64,000 nt of DNA. Source: Vicinamibacteria bacterium (GTDB lineage: Bacteria; Acidobacteriota; Vicinamibacteria; Marinacidobacterales; Marinacidobacteraceae). Of this stretch, positions 1-10,112 are shown in pieces. Both the position numbers and the translations under genes were made by a program. Location of the stretch: contig OY821641.1 in assembly GCA_963555995.3 (NCBI GenBank), positions 2,240,001 to 2,304,000 of the forward strand. Direction: 5' to 3'. Each line of letters starts with the position of its first letter. Positions within the stretch are counted from its first letter, which is position 1. Under the pieces are notes generated by a model. That model saw only the letters and a program-made list of their open reading frames with translations. It did not search any database and had not been told where the DNA came from.

Positions 1-2059
1 TGACCCACTTCCCGCGCAGCACCGCCGACGTCCGGTAGGGGTGCGAGGTCAGCGTCAGCATGCTGCCGTGGGCGAAGATCCCGCGCCGGCTCGCGTCCTG
101 GTACGGGACCAGCCGGTGCTCCGGCCCCGTGACCCCCACCATCCCGTAGTGCTTGGCGAGGCGCTCGTTCACGAACGTGTAGTCGGCCGTGAACAGGTCG
201 AAGATGCTCTTGTCCTCCGACACCAGGTGGTGGAAGAACCGCTCGGTCTCCTCCACCATCGCCGTCTTCAACTGCTGGTGGAAATCCGGATAGAGGCGGA
301 CGTTGGGGTTGATCTTCTTGAGGTCCTGCAGCCGGAACCACTGATACGCGAACCGCTTCGCGAGCGCCTCCGAGCGCGGGTCCGCGAGCATCCGGCGCAC
401 CTGCCCCTCGAAGACGGCGGGGTCCGACAGCTCCCCCGCCTCGGCCACGTCGAGCAGTTCGTCGTCGGGGATCGTCCCCCAGAGGAAGAAGGACAGCCGG
501 GACGCCAGGTCGTTGTCGGTCAGCCGGTAGCCGAACTCCGCCTCGCGCGGGTCGAGCGGCTCCTCGATCCGGAACACGAAGTTGGGGCTCGCGAGAATCC
601 CCTCGACCCCCATCCGGATCCCCTCCTCGAAGCCGACGGTCCCGGCGCCCGCGTCGTAGAGCTCCATGAGCGCCGCCAGGCCCTCGTCGCTGAGGTTGCC
701 CCGGTAGGCAAGCCTGCCCAAGCGCCCGAGGATCGCCTCGGCGCAGGGCCGCGCCTCGTCCGGCGACAGCGGACGGCAACGGAAGACCGCCTGCCGGCTC
801 GGCGTCTCCGAAACGCCGGTCGGGTCGAAGGGGCCGCGGATCAGGACGTCGCGCAGATGCGGAAGGCTGTGGATTCCGTAGGTGAGCGCGATGTTGGTGC
901 TCGCGAGCGACCACTCGTGCGGGGAGACGAGATCCAGCGTGGGGCCGTCGAACTGCCTGAGGAACGCCGCCGCCACCTTGCGCGGACCGGCCTTCACGAA
1001 GATCGGTTCGGTGATCATCGTGGCGCCGTCCGGATCGGAGGTGTGCATCCACGGATCAATCGAGAGCAGCGCGACCCGCTCGCCGTCAATGGAGATCTCG
1101 AGCCGCTCGGGATTCTCCTCGGAGTTCAGCGCCCCCACCGCGGTACCGACCACGGGGCCGCACACCTCATGGTGGAGGGAGACCCGGAAGACGTAGTTCC
1201 CGTCCGCGGGGAAAGTGTGGTCCGCGGCGAGCCCGCCCCGGGTGCCGTAGGGAGCCCCCTCGACCTGCCGCCGCTGCGAGGCCCAGCGGGAGACGAAGTA
1301 GCTGGTCTCGGCCGGGGCGGCGTCGGGATCGCCCACCGCGAGCCGGCTGATCTCGCTCGCCGCCCGCAGGTAGGAGTCCATGAGCGTCGCGGACAGCAAC
1401 TGGACGTCCGCGATGTTGTCGAAGTTCGCGCTGATGGTGTCCTGCGGGAGGTACTCCGCGGCGTCGAGTTCGAGCGCCAGCAAGTCCCGGATCGCCGCGG
1501 TGTACTCCGCCCGGTTCAGCCGCTGGAACGAACGGCGGCCCGGATTCGGCTCCGCCCGGGCGCTCTCGTCAAGCTGGGACTCAAGCGACCCGGCGACCTC
1601 CGTGAGCACCTCCTCGGCGGGACGGCGGGACCCCGGCGGCGGCATCATCCCGAGCCGGAGCTTCGAGACCATCTTCTCCGCGAGCTCGGGACTGGCGGGC
1701 GCGTTCCCCGCGTCGAAGCCGGACAGCGTCATGTTGCCGGTCTTCATCCGGTCGTTGTGGCAGACCATGCAGTAGGTCCGCAGCATCCGGTTGTGGGCGG
1801 CCGCGTTCTCCGGAGTAACCGCCGAGGTGGTTTCCGCCGAAGACCCGGGTTCCCACGACCGGGCGGTAGCCAGTGTGGGCGTTTTCGGGGACGAGGCGCT
1901 CGCCGCAGAAACCGTCAGGCTCGCGAGGAACAGCGAAATCAGCGCGACGCCCACAACCAAAGCCTTCGGCGCCCCCCGCTCGGCGGGGAGCGGCGCAACC
2001 GGACCGCTTTTCGCGCTACCGCGCGGTGCCGGTCTGAAGACCGGCGCTCCCTGGCACAT
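1..2059 (-). CDS. DUF1592/DUF1588-family cytochrome c-containing protein, paralogue 2 (3' end runs off window)
   Basis: Manual minus-strand translation: GGAG RBS then ATG at 2059, signal-like segment, YCMVCHN haem motif; nucleotide sequence closely parallels 5567-8086. The + strand ORF 41..2122 is an antisense shadow. Confidence 0.9.
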   Translation of the reverse strand, partial: MCQGAPVFRPAPRGSAKSGPVAPLPAERGAPKALVVGVALISLFLASLTVSAASASSPKTPTLATARSWEPGSSAETTSAVTPENAAAHNRMLRTYCMVCHNDRMKTGNMTLSGFDAGNAPASPELAEKMVSKLRLGMMPPPGSRRPAEEVLTEVAGSLESQLDESARAEPNPGRRSFQRLNRAEYTAAIRDLLALELDAAEYLPQDTISANFDNIADVQLLSATLMDSYLRAASEISRLAVGDPDAAPAETSYFVSRWASQRRQVEGAPYGTRGGLAADHTFPADGNYVFRVSLHHEVCGPVVGTAVGALNSEENPERLEISIDGERVALLSIDPWMHTSDPDGATMITEPIFVKAGPRKVAAAFLRQFDGPTLDLVSPHEWSLASTNIALTYGIHSLPHLRDVLIRGPFDPTGVSETPSRQAVFRCRPLSPDEARPCAEAILGRLGRLAYRGNLSDEGLAALMELYDAGAGTVGFEEGIRMGVEGILASPNFVFRIEEPLDPREAEFGYRLTDNDLASRLSFFLWGTIPDDELLDVAEAGELSDPAVFEGQVRRMLADPRSEALAKRFAYQWFRLQDLKKINPNVRLYPDFHQQLKTAMVEETERFFHHLVSEDKSIFDLFTADYTFVNERLAKHYGMVGVTGPEHRLVPYQDASRRGIFAHGSMLTLTSHPYRTSAVLRGKWV
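2026..2051 (-). repeat. REP-like palindrome inside the 5' end of the CDS
   Basis: Reverse complement of GGGAGCGCCGGTCTTCAGACCGGCAC, identical to intergenic copies elsewhere in the window. Confidence 0.85.
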
Positions 2060-2082
2060 GGACGTCTCCATTCGTTCGCCCC

Positions 2083-4083
2083 TCAGCAACCCACGCAGCG
2101 GTTGTTGTTCTTGGCCCCGTAGCCTTCGAGCAGCGCGATGGTCTCCGGGAACGGGTTGATCCGCTGGGCCGGCCCGTTGGCGAGATCCACCGTGGTCTGC
2201 CCGGAGCGGGCGATCACCAGCGGATCGGCGCCCTTCGAGATGAGGTAGAGGATCATCTCGTTGTCGCCCCGCGAGGCGGCGTGGTGGATCACGCTGTAGC
2301 CGTTGTGGTCCCGGGCGGCCGGGTCGGCGCCCAGTTCCTCCACGAGGTACTTCACCGCGGGCATCCAGGCGTCGGGGGCGTGGCGGTGCGAGTTCGCGGC
2401 CAGGCCGAGCCCGTAGCCGACCCCGGCGGCGGCGTGGATCGGATAGACCCCCGGCCCCCCGTAGGGGACCTCGGGGAGGCCCGACGGATCCTCTTCGGGT
2501 TCTTCCGCCGTCAGGTCGGTCAGCCGGCGGAGGACCCGCTCCGGCACCTTCATGGTCGGGATGTCCGGATCCGCGCCGCGGGCGACCAGCATCTTCATGG
2601 CCGGAATGTCGAGGGCGTAGGCGGCGCGCCAGAAGGCCGTCGCCCCGGCCCGGTTCACCCCGAGCTGGTCGGTGTTGTAGGTGGTGTACCACTGCTTCCG
2701 TTCGAGCCGGGCGTCAATGTCCGCTCCGGCGTCGAGGAGCGCCTCCATGAACTCGATGTGCGAGGTCGCCTGCCGCAGGTGGTCCGCCGGCTGGGGATGG
2801 AACGGCTGGGCGATCCAGCGGGAGTTGATCGCCGCGTAGAGCGGCGCTCCGCCCGAGACGTTCTTCAGGTTCGGGTCCGCGCCCCGCTCCAGCAGGCCCA
2901 TGCCGAGGTCGTAGTGCCCGTTGAGCGCCGCCATCAGCAGGGGCGAGGTGCGGTGTCCCTCCGCCCGCTGGTTGACGTCGGCGCCGGCGTCCACCAGCGC
3001 GAGCGCGGTTTCGAGATGACCGTCGCGGGCCGCCAGGAGCAGCGCGGTCAGGCCGCCGTGGGTGCCCACGAGTTCCGCGTAGCGGAGCGGCTGGAGGCGA
3101 TTCCGGTTCCGCGCCCGGGCCTCCCGGCGCTTCTTCGCCTCCTCGATGGCCTTGGCCCGGGCCAGTTCGTCCTCGGGATGGCCGTGGGCGGCGGCGTGCT
3201 CGTCCTGCTCGGCGGCGACTTCTTCGGCCGTCGGCTTCTTCAGATCGGCGAGGTCGGGAGAACCGGTCTTCCCGGAACCGGCGGTGGACGCGGTGGCCGG
3301 GCCCTCGTCCGTCCGGCCCTTTTCCGCGGCGGCCTTGGCCGCGGCGGCGCGAGCCCGCCGCTGGGCTTCCTTCGCCCGCTTGTCGCGCTCACGCTCGTCG
3401 TAGATGACGCCGGCGGCGCCTCCGCCCCGCTCGCGGGCCATCCGGGCCTGCCGGGCCCGCCGCGCCGCGAGGTCCTGCTCGGCGCGCGCCGCCACGTCCA
3501 GCACGGCGGCCGTGATCGCCGGGTCGGCTCCCGCTTCCATCAGCGTCTCGACGGCCGCGGTCCGGCCGGTGGCCGCCGCGAACATGAGCGGGGTCTGGCC
3601 CCAGTGCGGCTCGACGGCGTTCACGTCGGCGCCGTGCGAGGCGAGGACGGTCACCGTCCCCGGATCCCCGGAGGCCGCGGCGAAGTGGATCGAACGGGCG
3701 CCGGTATTCGTCGGCACCGCCACCGGAGCCCCGGCCTGCAGCAGGGCCTGCGCGACCTCCGCCTGACCGGCCGCCGCCGCCACGTGGAGTGGCATGTGGC
3801 TCCCGATCCGCGTCGTGGCCTTGATGTCCGCACCCGCGGCGATCAGCACCTCGGCGACGCCGCGGTTCCCGAGCTTCGCCGCCCAGTGGAGCGCCGTGAA
3901 CCCGTCCCCCTGCGCCGCGTTGACGTCGGCGCCGGAGCGGAGCTCCGCCTTCAGGGACTCGATGTCACCGCGTTTCGCCGCATCCAGCACCGGCGCCAGG
4001 CGGGCCGCATGGCCGGCCCCCACCAGCAGGCCAAGCGCCGAGAGCAGCGCTACGAGGCCAACCCATCGCTTTTCGATCTTCAT
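2083..4083 (-). CDS. Exported ankyrin-repeat protein
   Basis: Signal peptide, many G.TALH.AA/GADVN ankyrin motifs, charged insert, C-terminal CVGC. Confidence 0.92.
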   Translation of the reverse strand: MKIEKRWVGLVALLSALGLLVGAGHAARLAPVLDAAKRGDIESLKAELRSGADVNAAQGDGFTALHWAAKLGNRGVAEVLIAAGADIKATTRIGSHMPLHVAAAAGQAEVAQALLQAGAPVAVPTNTGARSIHFAAASGDPGTVTVLASHGADVNAVEPHWGQTPLMFAAATGRTAAVETLMEAGADPAITAAVLDVAARAEQDLAARRARQARMARERGGGAAGVIYDERERDKRAKEAQRRARAAAAKAAAEKGRTDEGPATASTAGSGKTGSPDLADLKKPTAEEVAAEQDEHAAAHGHPEDELARAKAIEEAKKRREARARNRNRLQPLRYAELVGTHGGLTALLLAARDGHLETALALVDAGADVNQRAEGHRTSPLLMAALNGHYDLGMGLLERGADPNLKNVSGGAPLYAAINSRWIAQPFHPQPADHLRQATSHIEFMEALLDAGADIDARLERKQWYTTYNTDQLGVNRAGATAFWRAAYALDIPAMKMLVARGADPDIPTMKVPERVLRRLTDLTAEEPEEDPSGLPEVPYGGPGVYPIHAAAGVGYGLGLAANSHRHAPDAWMPAVKYLVEELGADPAARDHNGYSVIHHAASRGDNEMILYLISKGADPLVIARSGQTTVDLANGPAQRINPFPETIALLEGYGAKNNNRCVGC

Positions 4084-4133
4084 GGCTCGTTCCTCTTCTC
4101 TTCTCGAATGTCCTCGGCTGGAGTGCCCCGCGT

Positions 4134-5522
4134 CTAGACAGCCTGGGACAGGGAGAACCCGCCCGTGCTGTTCCCGAAGCTCTCCAGGTCATCCATCCCC
4201 AGCTTGTGCAGCAGGGACAGCATCACGTTCGCCAGCGGGGTTCCCGGCTCGGCCCGCAGGTGCAGGTTGTGCTCCAGGGCGCCGTTCGCGCCGCCCGCCA
4301 CGAAGAACGGGACGCGCTTGTGGTTGTGGATGTTCGGATCGCCCATCGGGGACCCATACAGGATCATCGTCTTGTCGAGCAGCGTCCGGTCGTCCTCCTG
4401 GATGCTCTTGAGCTTCTCCATGAAGTACGGAATCAGGCTCACGTGGTACCGGTTGATCCGCCCGAAGATCTCGACCCGCTCCTCGTCGTTCCCGTGATGG
4501 GAGGCCGGATGGAAGGCGGTGGACTCACCGCTGTCCGGGTACACCCGGCTGGAGGCGTCCCGGCCCAGCTTGAAGCTGAACACCCGGGTCATGTCCGACT
4601 GGAAGGCCAGCGCCTGCAGGTCGAACATGATCTTCACGTGCTCGTCGAACGAGTCCGGCACCCCGGACGGCGCGTCGGGAAGCTCGCGGAGCTCCCCGCT
4701 GGTGTTCCGTTCCACGATCTTCTCGATCCGCCGCTCCATCTCCCGGATGTCCGTCAGGTAGCGGTCCATCCGCCGCACGTCCTGCGGATCGAGGGCGCCC
4801 TGGAGATCCCGGACCTCCTCGCCGATGAAGTCCAGAACGCTCCGGCGCGCCCGCTGCCGGGCCGCCCGGCCCTCCGGCGTGCCGCCGGCGCCGAACAACT
4901 GATCGAAGACGATGCGCGGGTCGCGCGTCATCGGCAGCGGCTCCGTCGGCGACGCCCAACTGATGGTGTCCGTATAGACGCAGGCGTAGCCGTAGGCGCA
5001 GCCCCCCGCCTGGTCCACCGTCTCGATGCAGAGCTGCATGGAGGGGATCGGCGTGTTCTGGCCGAAGCGCTGCGCGTAGAGCTGGTCGAACGAGGTTCCG
5101 GCGAAGACGTCGGACCCCTCCGTCTGTCTCGGATGGGACGCGGTCAGGAACGTCGAACTCGAGCGGAAGTGGTCCCCGCCGATCTCCCGCGCAGTCTCCG
5201 CTTCCGCGGGCTCGTTGTCGCAGTCGCTGACGATCGTGACGTAGTCCCGGACCGGCTCCAGGGGGCTGAGGGCGCCCTTCGAGAGGTCGAAGTCCGTACC
5301 CTCCTTCTCCGGAGACCACAGGAACTGCTCGCGGCCGTACTTGTTGCTCCCCGCCGCCCCGTGAACGATCTCCACCGCCACGAGCCGCGTCGGGTCGGCC
5401 TCGGTCGGCTTCGCGATGACGCTCGCCGGCGCCATGGCGTCGAGGAACGGCAACGCGATCGTCGCGCCGGCCCCGCGCAGGAACGTGCGCCGCGGCAGAC
5501 TCTTTCCGGTCAGGTAGTTCAT
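4134..5522 (-). CDS. DUF1552-family protein with Tat-like signal
   Basis: PRRTFLRGAG N-terminus; CAYGYACVY..TISW, H..SHH and H.H motifs; lies downstream of a DUF1592 gene. Confidence 0.9.
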   Translation of the reverse strand: MNYLTGKSLPRRTFLRGAGATIALPFLDAMAPASVIAKPTEADPTRLVAVEIVHGAAGSNKYGREQFLWSPEKEGTDFDLSKGALSPLEPVRDYVTIVSDCDNEPAEAETAREIGGDHFRSSSTFLTASHPRQTEGSDVFAGTSFDQLYAQRFGQNTPIPSMQLCIETVDQAGGCAYGYACVYTDTISWASPTEPLPMTRDPRIVFDQLFGAGGTPEGRAARQRARRSVLDFIGEEVRDLQGALDPQDVRRMDRYLTDIREMERRIEKIVERNTSGELRELPDAPSGVPDSFDEHVKIMFDLQALAFQSDMTRVFSFKLGRDASSRVYPDSGESTAFHPASHHGNDEERVEIFGRINRYHVSLIPYFMEKLKSIQEDDRTLLDKTMILYGSPMGDPNIHNHKRVPFFVAGGANGALEHNLHLRAEPGTPLANVMLSLLHKLGMDDLESFGNSTGGFSLSQAV

Positions 5523-5566
5523 CGTCTTCTCCTTCGGTTCCGATTGGCTGTCTTCTCTGTTGTTCT

Positions 5567-8086
5567 CTAGTGTTCGCCGGCGACGGTGGACTCGGCCGCT
5601 TCGGCCGCGCCGCCCTTCATCTGGAACGCCGGACTCGTCGCCACCCCGAGGATGAACGAGGACATCCGGTAGTCCGAGGCCTCCGCGTCCCGGACGATCT
5701 CCCGGACCCGCGGCTGGTCGTAGTACTCGACGCGCCGGCCCAGCGCGTACGCCATCAGGTTCTCCGTGAACGTCCGCAGCAGCGGGGTCGGGCGCTTCAG
5801 CAGCGCGTTGCGCAGGTCGCCGATGTCCCGGATCGGGGTGCCGTCGTAGAACTCGCCGGAGGCGTCAATCGCCTGTCCCGCGTCCTTGACGCGCAGCCGG
5901 CCCGTCACGTCGAACGCCTCGAGCGCCAGGCCGATCGGATCCATCATCCGGTGGCACGACCGGCACGCCGGGTTGTCCCGGTGGATCTCGAGGGCCTCCC
6001 GCGCCGTCAGCTTGCGGACGGTTTCGCCGGACTCCCCGGTATCGAGGTCCGGCACGTTCGGCGGCGGAGGCGGCGGCGGGCTCCCGAGCAGCACCTCCAT
6101 CACCCACTTGCCACGCAGCACCGCCGAGGTCCGGTACGGATGCGAGGTCAGCGTCAGCATGCTGCCGTGGGCGAAGATCCCGCGCCGGTTTGGATCCTGG
6201 TACTGCACCATCCGGTGCTCCGGGCCGACGACCCCCTGCATCCGGTAGTGCTTCGCGAGCGGCCCGTTCACGAACGTGTAGTCGGCGGTGAAGAGGTCGA
6301 AGATGCTCCGGTCTTCGGACACCAGGTGGTGGAAGAAGCGCTCCGTCTCCTCCACCATCGCCCACTTCAACTGCTGGTAGAAGTCCGGATAGAGGCGGAC
6401 GTTCGGATTGATCTTGTCGAGATCCTGCAGCCGGAACCACTGGTGCGCGAAGCGCTTCGCGAGCGCCTCGGAACGGGGGTCCGCGAGCATGCGGCGCACC
6501 TGCGCCTCGAATCCTGCGGGGTCCGTCAGCCGGCCGGCCTCCGCCGCATCCAGGAGCTCGCCGTCCGGGATCGTCCCCCAGAGGAAGAAGGACAGCCGGG
6601 AGGCCAGGTCCGTATCGGTCAGCCGGTAACCGAACTCGGCTTCCCGCGGGTCCAGCGGCTCTTCGATCCGGAACACGAAGTTGGGGCTCGCGAGCATCCC
6701 CTCGATCCCCATCCGGATCCCTTCCTCGAAACCGTCCGCCGCCGCGCCCGAGTCGTAAAGGGACATCAACGCGTTCCGGTTGCGCTCGGTGAGGTTCCGC
6801 CGGTACGCGAGCCGGCCGAGACGGGAGAGGATCTCCTCGGCGCAGGGACGCGCCTCCTCGGGCGCCAGCGGCCGGCAGGTGAAGATCGCCCGGCGGCTCG
6901 GGGTGTCCGACACCCCGGTGGCGTCGAAGGGCCCGGTGATGAAGAGGTCCCGCAGGTGCGGCACGTTGTGGATGCCGTAGGTCCGCGACGTCGCGGTGCT
7001 GGCGAGCGACCAGTCGTGCGGGGAGATCATGTCGAGGACCGGCCCCTCGTAGTGCTTCAGGAAGACGGCGGCCACCTTGCGCGGGCCGCCCCGCACGAAG
7101 ACGGGCTCGGACCGCAGGTTCACGCCGTCGGGGTCGGAGACGTGCATCCAGCGGTCGACATCCAGAAGCGCGACGCGTTGCCCGTCGATCGAGATTTCGA
7201 CCTGCTCGGGCTGGTCGAGGGTGTGGAGCGCGCTCGACCCCGACCCCACGATGGCGCCGGTGGTCTCGTGGTGAAAGGCCACCCGGAACCGGTACTCGCC
7301 GTCCGCCGGGAACACGTGGTCCACCACGACGCCGCCCCGGGTGCCGTAGGGGGCGCCCTCGACCTGGCCGAGCTGGGCGGCCCAGCGGGACACGTGGTAG
7401 CCGGACTCGGCGGCGGTGGCGTCGGGATCACCCACCGCGAGCCGGCTGATGTCGCTCGCCGCGCGCAGGTAGGAGTCCATGAGCGTCGCCGACAGCAACT
7501 GGACGTCGGCGATGTTGTCGAAGTTGGCGCTGATCGTGTCCTGCGGGAGGTACTTGGAGGCGTCCAGCGGGAGGTCCAGCAGGTCGCGGATCGCCGCGGT
7601 GTACTCCGCCCGGTTCAGGCGCTGGAAGGACCGGCGTCCGGGGTTCGGGTTCGCGGCCGCGCTCTCGTCGAGCTGGGTCTCGAGCGCCTCGGCGACCTCG
7701 GTCAGCGTCGCTTCCGGAGGACGCCGGGCGCCAGGCGGCGGCATCATCCCGAGCCGGAGCTTCGAGACCATCTTCTCGGCGAGGACCGGATTCGCCGGCG
7801 CGTCTCCCGCGTCGAACCCGACCAGCGACATGTTGCCGGTCTTCATCCGGTCGTTGTGGCAGACCATGCAGTAGGTCCGCAGCATCCCGTTGTGCGCGGC
7901 GGCGGTCTCCGCGGTCACCGATCCGGGGAGCGCGGCGGAGCCCGCCGGGGTCCAGTTCCGGACCGCCGCAACCAGCGGGGGAGTCGCAGACCCGGCCCCG
8001 GCGGTTTCGGCGGCGACGGCGGCTGCCGGAGACAGCAGCGCGGCCGCGCCGAGGGACCACGCGGCGACGGTGGGAAGGTGGCGCAT
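5567..8086 (-). CDS. DUF1592/DUF1588-family cytochrome c-containing protein, paralogue 1
   Basis: CMVCH and CRSCH haem motifs, RLNRAEY, LASRLSFFLW, RGKWV, PPPPPNVP; start moved to ATG 8086 before the signal peptide. Confidence 0.9.
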   Translation of the reverse strand: MRHLPTVAAWSLGAAALLSPAAAVAAETAGAGSATPPLVAAVRNWTPAGSAALPGSVTAETAAAHNGMLRTYCMVCHNDRMKTGNMSLVGFDAGDAPANPVLAEKMVSKLRLGMMPPPGARRPPEATLTEVAEALETQLDESAAANPNPGRRSFQRLNRAEYTAAIRDLLDLPLDASKYLPQDTISANFDNIADVQLLSATLMDSYLRAASDISRLAVGDPDATAAESGYHVSRWAAQLGQVEGAPYGTRGGVVVDHVFPADGEYRFRVAFHHETTGAIVGSGSSALHTLDQPEQVEISIDGQRVALLDVDRWMHVSDPDGVNLRSEPVFVRGGPRKVAAVFLKHYEGPVLDMISPHDWSLASTATSRTYGIHNVPHLRDLFITGPFDATGVSDTPSRRAIFTCRPLAPEEARPCAEEILSRLGRLAYRRNLTERNRNALMSLYDSGAAADGFEEGIRMGIEGMLASPNFVFRIEEPLDPREAEFGYRLTDTDLASRLSFFLWGTIPDGELLDAAEAGRLTDPAGFEAQVRRMLADPRSEALAKRFAHQWFRLQDLDKINPNVRLYPDFYQQLKWAMVEETERFFHHLVSEDRSIFDLFTADYTFVNGPLAKHYRMQGVVGPEHRMVQYQDPNRRGIFAHGSMLTLTSHPYRTSAVLRGKWVMEVLLGSPPPPPPPNVPDLDTGESGETVRKLTAREALEIHRDNPACRSCHRMMDPIGLALEAFDVTGRLRVKDAGQAIDASGEFYDGTPIRDIGDLRNALLKRPTPLLRTFTENLMAYALGRRVEYYDQPRVREIVRDAEASDYRMSSFILGVATSPAFQMKGGAAEAAESTVAGEH

Positions 8087-8211
8087 GGGACGTTTCGCCG
8101 GGCGTCGCGGGACGGTCTTTCCGCCCCCCTGTACGCCTTGGCGTAATTGGAAAAGGATAGTCCCGAGCGCGCCTCCTTGCAACAAGGTGGAGTCGCTGTC
8201 GGGATGGGGAT

Positions 8212-8236
8212 TATGGTAGTATGGTCGGAGTATGGT
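8212..8236 (+). promoter_or_regulatory. Putative TA operator/-10 region: TATGGT x3
   Basis: TATGGT at 8212, 8220 and 8231, the last overlapping the antitoxin ATG. Confidence 0.45.
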
Positions 8237-8507
8237 AAAGGTCACCTATTCGCTGGACGAAGCCACCGTGCGCCGGATTCGGGCGGGCGCGCGCCGGTTG
8301 GAAATCGCCCAGAGCGAGTTCGTGCGGGAGGCCGTCGCCGACTATGCGGCCCGGAAGGACCGGCTGAGCGAGGCGGAGCGGCTGCGGATGCTGGAAGTGC
8401 TGGAGCGGATCCGGAACTCTCCGCCGAGCCGTCCCCAGGAGGAGGTGGAGGCGGAGCTTCGGGAAATCCGCGAGGCGCGGAAGTGGGCTTGGCGTTCGAA
8501 GCAGTGA
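8232..8507 (+). CDS. vapB: Ribbon-helix-helix antitoxin (VapB-like)
   Basis: KVTYSLDE...SEFVREAV RHH pattern; overlaps the PIN gene via GTGA. Confidence 0.8.
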   Translation: MVKVTYSLDEATVRRIRAGARRLEIAQSEFVREAVADYAARKDRLSEAERLRMLEVLERIRNSPPSRPQEEVEAELREIREARKWAWRSKQ

Positions 8508-8878
8508 TCATCCATCTCGACACCTCGGCGCTCGTTGGCGCGCTCGCCGGTCGCCGGCTGTCGCTCCCACGCCTGCACGAGTTCTTCAGGGAAGGGCATC
8601 GCCTGAAGCTGTCCGCACCGGTACTCTACGAATGGCTGCGTGGCCCGCGGACCATCGGCGAGCTGCAGGATCAGGAGGCACTCATGCCCCGGCGCGCGGC
8701 AGTCCCGTTCGATGCCGAAGCCGCCACGATCGCCGCCGATCTTTACACGGAGCTGGACAGGGTACGCAGCCGCGAGATGGATCTCGCGATCGCCGCCTGT
8801 GCGATCGCCCGCGACGCCGCCCTCTGGACCCTCGACACGGAGGACTTCCGGGACATACCCGGACTCAAGCTGGTGTAG
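8504..8878 (+). CDS. vapC: PIN-domain ribonuclease toxin (VapC-like)
   Basis: IHLDTS, VLYEW, DLAIAA, LWTLD.EDF acidic PIN motifs; GTG start at 8504. Confidence 0.88.
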   Translation: MIIHLDTSALVGALAGRRLSLPRLHEFFREGHRLKLSAPVLYEWLRGPRTIGELQDQEALMPRRAAVPFDAEAATIAADLYTELDRVRSREMDLAIAACAIARDAALWTLDTEDFRDIPGLKLV

Positions 8879-8988
8879 GAGTCCGCGCACCGTGAGGGCG
8901 CCACCGGCTTGGGAGCGCCCACCGGAAGAAACGCTCCTGATCGGGTTCTCCTGCTCACCCCTCTGGTCATGAAAATGGCGCAACGGCT

Positions 8989-9189
8989 GGGAACGCCGGC
9001 TTCAGCCGGCACCCGCTGCGCGGAGCGCAGCGGAACGACGCACGGCTCCTGCCCGCATGGTGCTCGGACAGGCGAGGCGCCACGAAAGAACTGGTGGCCA
9101 GCGTTCCCGGCCTTCGTGCCATCCCGGCAACTGAGATCCTTCCCGCCGCCCGCCTGCGGCGGGCTGTGCCGGCTGAAGCCGGCGTTCCA
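8989..9189. repeat. REPIN-like element, 201-bp class
   Basis: Inverted terminal GGAACGCCGGCTTCAGCCGGCAC palindromes; homologous to 19188, 35326 and 37744. Confidence 0.85.
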
Positions 9190-9254
9190 AGCCGGCGGGC
9201 CTCGCCCGCCTCGGCGTTCACCCCGCTTTTTCCGCGAGCTGCCAGGGCCGGCGG

Positions 9255-10049
9255 TCAGAGTTCGAGGTCGGCGAGCACCGGGGCGTGGTCGGAGGGGATG
9301 TCCTCACCCTTCCGCTGCCGCCGCTCGTCCCGGTCCACCCGTACCCCTCCGAGCCGCCCGGCGAGCGGAGCGGTCAGGTAGATGTGGTCAATCCGCGCGC
9401 CGACGTTCTTCGCGAACGCCAGCCGGGTGTAGTCCCACCAGGTGTAGAGACCCTTCTCCGGTTCCTCGCCCTCGGCGTAGATCCGGCGGTACGCGTCCAC
9501 CAGTCCCCACCCGACGACGCGCTCCAGCGCCGCGCGGGCGTCCGGGTGGCAGAGCACCCCGCCGGGGTCCGCCGTCGCGGAGTCCCGGTCGCTCGGCGCG
9601 ACGTTGAAGTCCCCGCAGAGGACGAGCGCCTCGCCCGACTCCGCGTTCGCGTCCAGATGGTCGCGGAGCGCCCCGAGCCACTCCAGCTTGTAGCTCCAGT
9701 CCTCGACCCGGGTCACCGCCTTCCCGTTCGGCACGTAGGCGGTGATGACCCGGAGACCCGCCGCCCGGACGTCGAGCAGCCGCGCCTCGCCCCGCGACCG
9801 GCAGGGACCGAGCCCGCGCGCCAGCACCTCGGGGGTCTCGCGGGCGAGCACCGCCACCCCGTTCCGGGCCGCCTGGGCGTGGACCACCGCGCGGTACCCG
9901 GCGGCCTCGATGTCCAGCCACGGGAAGGTCTCCGCCGGAGCGCGGAGTTCCTGGAGACAGAGAACGTCGGGCTCGTGCCGCTCGAGCAGCCGCAGCAGGC
10001 GGGCCCGGCGCGTGCGGATCGAATTCAGGTTCCAGGTGATGACGCGCAA
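9255..10049 (-). CDS. xth: Exodeoxyribonuclease III
   Basis: TWNLNSIR, LCLQE, YVPNG, GDFNVAP, YTWWDY, RIDH, SDHAP motifs. Confidence 0.95.
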   Translation of the reverse strand: MRVITWNLNSIRTRRARLLRLLERHEPDVLCLQELRAPAETFPWLDIEAAGYRAVVHAQAARNGVAVLARETPEVLARGLGPCRSRGEARLLDVRAAGLRVITAYVPNGKAVTRVEDWSYKLEWLGALRDHLDANAESGEALVLCGDFNVAPSDRDSATADPGGVLCHPDARAALERVVGWGLVDAYRRIYAEGEEPEKGLYTWWDYTRLAFAKNVGARIDHIYLTAPLAGRLGGVRVDRDERRQRKGEDIPSDHAPVLADLEL

Positions 10050-10112
10050 GGAGACGGCCGGGCCGGATCATAGACGGCCCCACCCCCTACACTTCGCGGC
10101 CACGGACACGGA

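Noticed and set aside
41-8146. Long + strand ORFs (693, 618, 454, 858 aa) and similar antisense or alternative-frame ORFs throughout the window
   Set aside because: Shadow ORFs caused by high-GC codon bias opposite well-supported genes; no recognisable motifs.
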